From the NCBI GenBank assembly GCA_040954595.2, contig CM082596.2, positions 8,321,124 to 8,385,123 on the forward strand: a stretch of 64,000 bases of DNA. The letters run 5' to 3'. Position numbers and translations under genes: made by a program. The notes under the pieces were generated by a model. The model was not told the DNA's origin and did not search any database. It saw only the letters and a list, made by a program, of their open reading frames with translations. Position 1 is the stretch's first letter. Every line of letters begins with the position of its first letter. The stretch is from Balanoglossus misakiensis (lineage: Eukaryota > Animalia > Hemichordata). Of the stretch, positions 1 through 12,000 are shown one piece after another.

Positions 1-3000
1 TTTGAAATCCAGAAGCTCTTCTGGTAAGTGTCCCAATGAAATCCTACTATCAAACTACCATGATTATCATAGTGAAAATGTGCTACAAGTTTTACTACAG
101 TAAAACACTTTATTTTCGCGGGCAATAAATTTTCACGAAATATGCAAGAGCCAAAATAGCGTGAAAATAAAAAGTTGCGTACATTTTTTTTTGAAGATAA
201 CGATGCAGTGAATGAAATAAGAGAACGCGAAAATTAATACTCGCGAAACAGTGGCCTCTCTCGATATCGCGAAAATTTCAACTTGCAAAAATAAAGTGTT
301 TTACAGTATTCTTACTGCTTGTTTTGTTTCAAACTGTAAAAAGCAATTGGCATTGGTTGCTAGAGGGCCCCATTTGCCAAACTGTGAATGTCCTATTTTC
401 ATGCTAGGCCTAGAATGGACGAAAGCTACTTTGTGTGAAAATTGCAAGGCAAATTGCAGAATAAATAGAGCCAGCATTTCATTCATTTTCCGTATGCTCT
501 GCAAACTCTTCCCATTTTTTGTACCTGTGTCTTTGCATTGTCTTTTATACTGCAGTGTGGGATAGTTCTGGAGTTGAAAGTGGTTCACACACAACAAGTT
601 CTCAAAGGAGTGTAGAGCTGCTTCCATCAGGTAAATGCTGCATCGTAGAAATCATGTACAGTAAAACCTGTCTAATCTGGAATCCTGTCTGTACCAAACA
701 CCCTTTCCCTTTGACATGGAAGCATTGTTAAAGGGACAAAGTCTCTCTCTCTCACTGCCCTTTTTCCATTAATTATGTTTGATGCTAGACACTGTTTATG
801 TTATTCAACATGTGGATATGTAGTTAATCAACGTTCAACCACACACAACTTCCATCCCACTTGTAGACACGAGAGTGAAAATCTCGCCAAAATGAATAAT
901 CGGTGTTTACCAGTTATTCATTTTGGCGAGATTTTTCACTCTCGTGTCTACAAGCGGGATTGAATGTGTGTGTGGTTGAATGTTGATTCACTATATGTCA
1001 ACATATAGACTAACGTAAACGGTGTCTTGTATCAAACATAATTAATGGAAAAAGGGCAGCGAGAGAGACAGACTTTGTCCCTTTAAAAGAACCTGTACAG
1101 ACTGGACATCTCTACAAACCGAACAGTGTCTTCAGCCCATTTTGGTGTTCGGTTTAGACAGGTTTTACTGTATTGTCATTTCAGTCTTCCATGCAATCAC
1201 TAAGCACTGCACATAAAACATCCATTGCTGCTCTGTCAGTCTCATCCTTTCTCTCTGCTTTTGTTAATATTCCTATTTTGAAATCTTTTGTAATGAATAA
1301 CATGTAAATAATGGGGATTTTTATTATGCTTCAAGGTGTTATGCACCTCGAAATAAAAGGTCTTCTGATCATGTTGAAATTAATACTCATGATACTATGA
1401 CTTCTCAACATTTAATCTATGAAATAAAAATGGGGGGTCAACCATCTAGATTTTTGGAAAAAGCTCCCTCTATCTAGCACCTCTTTAAGCTTTTACCTGT
1501 GTTCATAGATCTTTGTAAAACGGCTTCATAAATAAGTATTTTGGGACAGTCGTCATATTTTATCACCATTTATAGAATGTAAACTTACTGAATATTTTAT
1601 TCCTTAAGGAGTCTAGTTTAATCTACTACAGCTATTGTTGGAACTTGACACAATCACAGCTTATATTAAAAAAACAAAATTTATTTGTTTCGATTAAATT
1701 AAACCCCTACCTTCCTTCTTTTCATATAATTTCTTAATATGAAGTGTTGATATCTACTGGACACACAGAGTAACACCTTAATATTAGTCTTTGTCTGTAA
1801 GCACATTTTGAAATATCACAGTATTTGTGAAGTTTAAGTACTTGAGAAGACCAGGAAAAGCTGACCAATTGTGGCATGAGAACATGAATTAAAGGGGAAG
1901 TTTAGTCTAGGTGATTTTAACATATGCGTTATTCTTGGAAGTCTTACTGTATTTTAAGTAATGTTGTATTAAGGATTAACTTTTTACTTCTAAATAAGGA
2001 TTTACATTTTAACTTATTAGTAATAAGGACTTTTACAAATACATGTTTTACTTTGATTTGAATTTGTGCAAAAGTTTGAGCCAGCTCCTAAATGTAGTTT
2101 GAATGCATTCCAACTCTGTCAGATACTAGTGGCAACAGCCAGAATAGACGGAGGAGGAAGAAGAGGAAACAGAGAAAACGAAGTAGTCGGAAAAGTCTTC
2201 AGAAATCCAACACCGGCATTATTCCCAGAATGCTGGCGACTCCTGATACGCTTCTGAGAATGTGTTTAAGAAAGTCGAATTATACCCAAGCTGCTCAAGT
2301 AAGTCTTTTCATTCGTAATCACATCTTTTAAAGCGCCTAGCTATTTTTGACAAATAAATTGTAGTCCGGACTTGAATTCTAATTTTGCCCAATTACAATG
2401 CTGACTATACAAATTTACATGTATGTGTTGATAAGGTAAATGCTGGGCATTTCATCATTTTTCAGGAATTTGAACAAGAAACTGCAGCAGAAACACAAAA
2501 CAAACATACTTAGAAGTTACAGCTAATGGAGTTTAAAGTACATGCAATTATCTGGCGGAATGCGAGGAGGTAGTACATCAGAGCTACATGACGGCAAATA
2601 TATGTACTACCACGGTATACATGTAGTTTGAAATATAACACTTCTACACTAATATTGCCTCTGTTATCATCACTCAGGTCACAAAGTTACTGAAGATTGA
2701 GGATGACAGTGAAGTTGGAGAGGTTTCATTTGCCCAACACCTCGACGTCGCTGTGAAGAAAATCGAGAATCTGGAACCCAAGAAGCCCAGCTCTGCCTTC
2801 AAAGCTTTGAACAGAACGCCATCTGCACTGTCGAATCTGAGCGCCATCGCGAATGTGGCGGCGTCGGGCATGGCATCGCTGTCCATCACGGGGATAGTGG
2901 ACGAGTTGCTGAGCACGTCGGAGTTGCCCGTCGTAGTGAGTCGAGGAGACGGGAAGAATTGCGACGCCTTGCTGGAGGCGTTCGTCGCCGACCGGGAAGT

Positions 3001-6000
3001 GCCGTCGCTGGTCATAATGGACCTGGCCGCCACGGTCAGGAAGAGCTGGGACGTGTGCAAGGACCTGCTGCAGATGACTACGGACAAGCTGCCGATGTCA
3101 TCGACAGAGCGGGTGACGGCGGGTGCCAGCAGTAGCAAGCACGCGACTAGTCCGTTGAACTGTGGTGGACGCGACGGCAAAGTCTTGAAAGGCCCACTGG
3201 CGGTCCTGCAGCAACTGTGCGCTCTCATCGCTCAGTGCAGCCACGAAGCCAGCGCGTCGCTGCGACCGCCGCTGCTCCAGAAGTTCTACCAGAGAAGCAT
3301 CCCGGACGTTCTGACCACAGGCACGTACCCGGTGCACGCAGACAGTCTCAAGGGGCATGTGGAGAGCACCCTGGAACAAGACCGAGTCGTACAGAAACTG
3401 GAAGGCATACTCAAAGACTACTGCGTCCATGACGATGACTCGGACGACGGCGGTGCTGCAGAAAAGGAGAAAGTGAAGAAAACTGCCGTGATCACCGCCG
3501 GCCAGTCGGTGAACAGAACTCTAGTCCGACAGACCATGAAACAGCTGATCCAGATCTATGGCAAGAACAAGGCCATGGCCTTTGTGAGAATAACAAGAGA
3601 TAAAAGTACCGGCAGAAATGATGGTCCAAAAGCCGACTATTTGACGAGCCTTTATCATCACATTGATGTTTTAGCATCGCTTCTGTTGGACAGTACTGAT
3701 GTCATTGCTGGTAAGTTGCCTGTTAACACTCTCAGTGGCAAGAAGAATGAAATCTTTCCATACATCAACTCTGGTTTATTGTTCTGCTCTGGATAGCATT
3801 GTGAAAGCAAAGTTCAGTATTAAGCTTCTCAACAAAGCCTGTATATGCATGAAAGCCCCTGTTATAGTTGACAAAATGAATTCAACGCTAGACTTGAATT
3901 CAATTTTAATTTTGCCACCTTGGTTTGTTAATAGTCTACATTAATGGCATGCTGGTGTTTTGGTTTGCCGGAGTTTTTCAGCAACTGTTTGATATCCCAG
4001 TAGAATCAGTTCTTGTGGGAGTTTCACCTTTTCAGTGACCAAGACATCAATTCTATTGCTAGCTCCAATTGACTGTATGAGAATGTAACGCTCAACAAGT
4101 AAAGCCATTTTTTTCTTCAAATCTTTTGAGAACTGCTAAGCTTTAACAGACATGTGTCGGGCTTATCAAAATTTTAATAAGTGGGTTTTTGTTCTTGTTG
4201 AAAGCATAAAAGTAACTCAATTTTCTTAAATTGTTCGATGCAGTGCTGTGTGTACATGTAGTTGCAATGTCTCATTATATATGTTTTGAACTGTTCTGCA
4301 GGTTCCAGTGGTGTTAAGGCTGCCAATCCGTTCATTGTTTTAAACGAAGGCCTGACCAGTACTTTTGGAAAGATGATGTTTGAACAACACATACCACCAA
4401 ACAGGTAACACATTATGAAGCTCAGACATGTATTTTGGGGGATCAAATACTTTGCATGATCTCTACTGTTCTCACAGTGATGTTCCCGAAATTGAATTCA
4501 GTGGTGTTTCGTTTGTCAGGACCAGAACTTGGCACATTTTTCATCTAAAAACTTAATAGGTTCTGATGATTCACTAAATCATTTCTATCCCAAACAAATA
4601 GAAATACAATTTGAGCAACAGAAAACTTTTATCTCTTTTTTTCCCTTCTCTATTACAACTTTGTCTGAAATGAAGAATATATTAATGTGAACGTTCCCCC
4701 CCCCCCCCACCCACCACAATTTTCCGCATCCTTTACCCCCAGTTCCCTTTATAGAGGTCCAACTTTACCATAGAAAAAATGGATTTGGACTGAACCATAA
4801 TGGTGAAAGGGTTATTAAAGGCAAGATCCAAGCCTATAAATGCACAAATTTCAACGGGAAACTGTGCAGCATTTTTGCAAAATTGCGTAAGAACTGATTT
4901 GCGAAGGGCCACAAAAATGGATGTCTCGTTACTGCTGTATCAAGTGTGGTTGCGTACTGTACACGATCATGTTCACCTATATCTGTGCTTTAAGAAAAAA
5001 TATGCTTTTGGGGGTGTAGGACTTTGATTTTTGACAGAAAAACTAGAAAGCACCTATGAGTTCCATCCTTAATGATCATATCCCTGTATACTTTCAATTT
5101 CAGATTAGAAAATGTTGCAAGTCAGTTGAAACTGAATCTGGTTCATATTGTGGTTCAAATCTGCTCTCCAAGTATTCCCATGGTGCAGTTGACCAGGCCA
5201 TCAACATCAGAAGATGTCGAGTTGGATCCTTGTGGAAGACTTGTTCTGAATTCAAAAGGGAAGGTCGACGACAGAAGACATCCAGAGGTCATTGCTGGTG
5301 AACTGTTGACCAGAATGTTGTCCTTGATGAAAGGTCAGAAAAATAATAGAAATTAGAATAGGTGTCGTCATTCAACAAAAGTTGAAATCAAATATGATGT
5401 TATGCACACATGACATTTACAGCAACATAACCATTCATTTTTAGACCCCCTTGACAATTAAAGACAGCTAACTATCCAAGAAGCCCAAACATATCTTTCA
5501 GTTATGGCACCACCTTTGCATATGAGACTAATTTGAGATGGTAAATCATCACTTACAAAAAAAATTGTACAGACATAATTTCTATAGAAAATGTAGCTAT
5601 AGAAGTTTATGGAAATTCTATTGTCATCTATAGATATCTATGTACTTTTGGGGTCTTTTTTTCTATTGAGTTATATAGAAGCATCAAAATCTATAGCATG
5701 CTATAGAAAACCAGTGAACTTCATAAGTTATGTTAGTTATTGTATACTGTTAAACACTTTATTTTCGCGAGCAATAAATTTTCGCGAAATACGTGAGAGA
5801 CAAAATAGCGTGAAAATAAAAAGTCACGTAGTTTTTTATAGATAACGATGCAGTGAATGAAATAAGAGAACACGAAAATTAATACTCGCGAAACAGTGGC
5901 CTCTCTTGAAATCGCGAAAGTTTTATCTCGCGAAAATAAAGTGTTTTACAGTATGTACTTTTGGGGTCTTTTTTCTATTGAGTTATAGAAGCATCAAAAT

Positions 6001-9000
6001 CTATAGCATGTTACTATAGAAAACTAGTGAACTTCATGAGTTATGTTAGTCATTGTATATATTACCACAGCTTCTTATATTTTATTTTGATTTCAGTTCA
6101 TGCCAAGCATACAGGTATTGATGATACATTTGACATGACGAGTGCCATGCATGCAGTGAAAACCGAGGAGTATAAAGACATTGTGAACGCGAGCCGAGCA
6201 TTGGCCAGTGTGGATCTGACACAGCTGCAAAACCGGAACGAGAAAATCTGTTTCTACGCCAACGTGTTGAACTTGCTGATTATTCACGCCTCGCTGTACC
6301 ATATCCGGAAGTACACAAAGAACAGAGAGGTCAGTGTTTTTTATTGTGAATGTTCACATTGTGTGATACAGTTGTATGGTTATTGCTAGGTATACAGCAC
6401 CTGGATATCATGCCGTTGTTAATGGTAAAGAATGATTATTCATTTTGGCGATTTTTTCACACTAGTGTCTACAAGTGGGGTGGAAGTTGTGTGTGGTTGA
6501 ACGTTGATTCACTTTATATCCAAATGTAGAATAACATAAACGGTGTCTTGTATCAAACATAATTAATTGAAAAAGGGCAGCGAGAGAGAGACTTTGTCCC
6601 TTTAATAAATGTTGATTTCTTGTAAGATTCACCCATTCTCAGTCAATAATTTACCCATTGTTGAACACAGGACAAGTTTATCCCTCAACATTCAAGGCAT
6701 TCATCAATTAGTAAGCTGATAAATCTTGAAGAATCAGAAGACTTAGGCCTACCTTACAGTCCATCATCAACTACACTAGATAGACTGATTTATCTATCTA
6801 AGATATCATATCAAATTGGACAACTTGGAACTGTCAGGTAAGTTATGTTAAACATAGACAGTGATGGCAGATATGTGTAGAATTATTCTCACTCAGAATC
6901 ACTTGAGGAAATTTGACATAGCCTGGCAACGGAAAACACGCAAATGAAAAAATCTGCCTTGCACAGCTGGTATTGGTAACTTATATGCTTCATTTCTTTT
7001 TGTAGTGCCTTGGATTTGAGATATGTATTCCTGAGAAATGGTCTTCCACCCCCAAGCTCTTTTGAGAAAATTTTGCAAAGCAGGATACATGGTGAGGAAG
7101 GCTTCTTAAAGGGACAAAATCTCTCTCTCGCTGCCCCTTTTCCATTAATTATGTTTGATACAAGACACCGTTTATGTTATTCTACATGTGGATATATAGA
7201 GAATCAACATTCAACGACACACAACTTCCATCTCGTTTGTAGGATATGAGAGTAAAAATCCCACCAAAATGAATAAATGGTAAACACCGATTATTCATTT
7301 TGTCGAGTTTTTCACTCCGGTGTCTACAAGTGGGATGGAAGTTGTGTGTGGTCGAATGTTGATTCACTATATTTCCACATGTAAAATAACATAAACGGTG
7401 TCTGGTATTAAACATAATGAATTAAAAAGGGGCAGCGAGAGAGAGACTTTGTTCCTTTAATCACTGGATTTTTAATAATTGTTCTCATTGACCGGCCATA
7501 TCTATGTGGTCTCCTCGAAGAAATAATAATAATTTTTTTATATAGAAACTAAATCCACAAGTGTGTTCCTTATTAGTGCCCATGGACTATGTTAGTGGGG
7601 ACTTTGAATGTACAGCATAGTACAATATTCATGCTGTACCCTTAGGCTAATACTTTGCTAATAAACATTGTCAGAATCATTTTGCAGGCATGCCTTGACC
7701 AATTTCATTACATCATGATTTCCTTCAATGTTCCAGTGGGAACTGTGTCATTGACAATGATTTGTGATAAGAAAATACTATCTACAAAGATTTAGCGCAA
7801 CATTGAGAAAAAAAACGTCAAATTTTAAAGGACAATGATTTCATACTAACATATTTCATTGGAAATTAATAAGTCATTGAAGAGATTTTATTTGGAATTT
7901 CTTTTGTAAATCTTGTAGCACCTGGAGAGAGTGATGTATGGAATTCCTTTATTCCACCGTTAGATGTAAAATTGTTATTTGCAATCCACATGGGATTTAT
8001 ATCTTCACCAAACATCAAGGTAAGTCCAGACAATAATTATTGATACTCTACATTTTTATGCAGTATGAAATTGAATTAAAGCGTCTAGCTCGTCTCACAG
8101 GCATGTTCCAGCTGTAGCCGCTGGTTACAGACGTTTAGTGAACAGTCAATCCAATAAGGCAGTGCTCTGTTCTAACAACAGAGAAGATGGCGGCGACCAC
8201 AATCTGTGGCGGAGATCGGGAAAAGACACTAGCTTAGGTGAAAGGGAGGGACAAAACCAGAATCTACTTATACGGTGCGCATGAAATATGGAAGGAAGCG
8301 AAGGCAGTCCACTATTTGAATGCATCGAACGGAAAATTTGCTGGGAAGTTACGCACATGCGCGTGAGACGATCTATTGCTTTAATATGAACTGAATTACA
8401 ATAAGAACTGAATATTAAAATAAAGCTAAACGTACCAATTTTCTACTTTCTATTAGGTTTTGAGACCCAGGGAACTACAATCCCAGCTTTTGCAGTCTAT
8501 GTCAGCATACATGGATGGAAATATTTCAGTGGATATTGACAAACAGCAGGTTTGAGTGCAGTACCATTTTTGAAAAAAAATAATGTCATTTCATTACACG
8601 AATTCCCCCAGCGTCTCCAACTGGACAACTCAGATGTTCAATATTCAAATGTCACACATGTCTTCCATAGGTGACCATGCCAGAACTATTACACTGGTAC
8701 TGTAAGGACTTTGTGGCAATCTCCGACCCCGATCTGTTCAATGAAGGCATCTTGAACTTCATTACAACCTTCACAACTTCGGAATTGAAGACCAAACTGG
8801 AAACGCTGAAGTTTAGTAGCACTGCCAGACAGATTGACTATGAAATCAGTCCCAAGATGCCAAGACGGAGCCTGTTTACAGGTTGGTGACTACGTCCTCA
8901 TTTTGAAGTGGAATATTCTACAGCTGTATTAGAGTGTACGTCAATTTGTGACATGATGCAATCCAATTTGGCTGCCAGGTGGCCATTTTGTTTGTGATTT

Positions 9001-12000
9001 TTTTTATGTTCTTTGCGATTAGTCAGACACGTGATACACAAGGACAGAGTATAATTATATGCATGGCAATTTATATCATGATAATATATTTCGCTATGTT
9101 TTCAGTATTTTTGTAGTGTGTATCTACTGCAGTTTCATTTGTCAACTACAGTACTATAAAACACTTTATTTTCGCGAGAAATAAATTTTCGTGAAATAAG
9201 CAAGAGCCAAAATAGCGAGAAAATAAAAAGTTGCGTAAATTTTTTGTGTGGTAAAAACGATGCAGTGAATGAAATAAGAGAACACGAAAATTAATACTCG
9301 CGAAACAGTGGCCTCTCTCGATATCACGAAAATTTCAACTCGCGAAAATAAAGTGTTTTACAGTATAACAATGGCCATTGCACGCACACAGGCTCAGTGT
9401 TGACAAGCGGCGTACTGGGTATATTTAGCATGCTAGAACAAGAAATACTGTTGTTTTACACTGAACAAAATGCTGTTATATTTTTATCACATTCAACAAA
9501 TGTCATTGTATTAGCAGCCTCACAACAAGAAGAACCCAAGAAACCGGCCACATTTCAAATCAAGGTGGAACCACACCGCTATAAGTACGGCTATATTTTT
9601 GACGACTTTGGTGAGGATGCGTACAGGTCGATTAAGACGCGTCGGAGGCATTCTTCTCTGCCAAGGAACATATCCACTGAGAAATCGAAACAACAGCAAG
9701 GGTTGATACCATTGTATAGAATGACACCTGCCACAGTGACGTACTTGAAGCGAAAGTCAGACTTTGTTGCAGCATTGGTGTTCTTACTCTCTCCAAAAAG
9801 TGAAATTAAAGAGAAGAAAAGTGAAGACGGTGGCGATCAAGCGACTTCTAATGGAGAGAGGAAAAAAGAGACGACACTCGAAAGAATGCTGTTGATGGTG
9901 GAGAAATATGCCGTACTACAAAGGTACATCAAAACGAACATGGCAACGTTGATGACAGTCAGTTGTGAAGTGAAAGAGGAGTCCGGCTATCAAGCCTTCT
10001 CGGAACTGCGGAAGAAAGACGTGGGAAGGTGCATCTTATCAGGGATGGACACCAGTGAGCTGCACTCGCTCGTGCTGAAGGCACTGAACCAGTTAGTCTG
10101 TGCCAAGAGATGGAAAGATGCAGTCCAACTGATACAGTCTGTCGGTCACCAAGGCGACGGTTTCCCAGACCAGTGTGTGGCAACCGATTTCATCTTGTGT
10201 TGTGCTGGCACCAGTGCCACATCACAACAGAGTGCGGGCAGTTGGAAATATCTGCTGCAGCTGACCGATAGAAATCTCTTCGCACACACAGTCTTGACGT
10301 GTCTGCAGTGCTGGTCTGTGGAGGTCTGCGTCCACTTATTGGAGCAAGGTCTGGCATATCCACCAACAAATAAACCACTAGGCGACGCCCTGCAGAAGAA
10401 GTTAGCAGAGATGAAAGTCTACCAGAAGGTGAGGTGATCATATCAGATAATCCTATTTTGTGAAATCACGATAGTCCGTTTTCTATACAGAAAAAGTTTG
10501 AAAATGCCCTGAGGCAGTGTGCTGTCCTAACACAAAACAAGATGGCGGTGACCATAGTCTGTGTCAAATATTCATAACATTTCAGGAAACTTGCTTTAAA
10601 ATAGACATGTTGTTTAGGGCAAGATGCATACAATATCCAGAATTGCTTTTGTGAATTTTGAAATGTGTTGACAAAAGTAACCTGGTGACATATGGATATT
10701 TTTGTCTCATTGTCAGTATAGTGGAAATTGATTGAGCAATAACGCATTCCTTTAATAACCCTTAAAATGTTCTTTTCAGGTGATAGAGTGTTCCAACAAG
10801 CTAGATTACGACACATCACTGGATTTCTCGCAGACTCTCAAAGATGACCCCGATGTTCCCATCACCACAAAATGGCAGCTGGTTGAAATGGAACTCCGGA
10901 ATAACCCGGACAGAGTCATCAAGCTGCTAATCGATTGTCAGGAATTTGATGTTGCTAGGCAATGGACGCAAACCCATCGAGTGCCAGAGAGTCTCAAAGA
11001 GGTATTTATCAAAGCTGCTACCTTTTAGTTGACAATCCTGCTTGACCCCTCTCACCGTCGTATTTTGAGATATATACTTCATGAAATGTTTGCCTATAGA
11101 CAAACCATCGGTGAAAAACTGCTGAATATAAAACAGTTTTATTCAATTATCGACTAAATTCACGTCCTTGTGTTTCGAAAAGAAGTGCAGTTACCCCTAT
11201 ATTTATTACCGATTTATATTATGCTTACAATTGAGAAACCAAAATATCCACAATTAGAAGTTCAAGAAATGATAAAATACGTTCATTTTTAACAATCCTT
11301 CATGTGTCAGATATGTTTTACCAGTGGACTAGACCAAATAGTTTTCTTATATTAGAAAAACCTTAATATCTTTACTTCCCTGCAACTGGTGATATCTTAT
11401 TACATTCCGTCTTTGTTTTGGTGACACCTTGCTTCTAAGATGCCCTGCTGTCTACAAGTGCAACACTTTTTTTCTTTTTTTTAATGAATGTGATTGCTTT
11501 GTTTATTTCAGACAATTGACGTGAAGTATTTACAACATAAGCTGTCTGACAACACCAATATCATGAAAGCCTATCAGGTACATACAAAGCTGTTATGCTA
11601 AACATTTTCTAAGTTGAACTGCTTTTATTTCAGTTGGGTTGAACTCTTATGAATTATGATTATATATCAACTAGAAATGAGAAAGTGTTTGGAAATAATG
11701 TATATATTGCTGTATCCATTGTGAATCTCGCAGACTTGTGTATCGGAAGTACGGTATTTGAAAATATCACTTCACTGCTCTGTATAGTCGACAACTACAT
11801 ATAAAAGAAAGTATTAAACTGCACACCAAAGAAATACTGTTTGTGGCTTGCATACACATGATACAAGACCCATTTCTGAAATACCACACTTCCGTTCACC
11901 AGAACAATTTTGATGAAGTCAATAATGTATTTTTTGGCAGTTAGCACAAGCGACACGACAATGAATGTCAGACAGGGTCCCCCCCCCCCCCATTTGTGAC

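Noticed and set aside
2674-3677. Antisense and alternative-frame ORFs (184, 110, 71, 61 aa)
   Set aside because: Shadows of the GC-rich ZFYVE26 exon, with no independent motifs.
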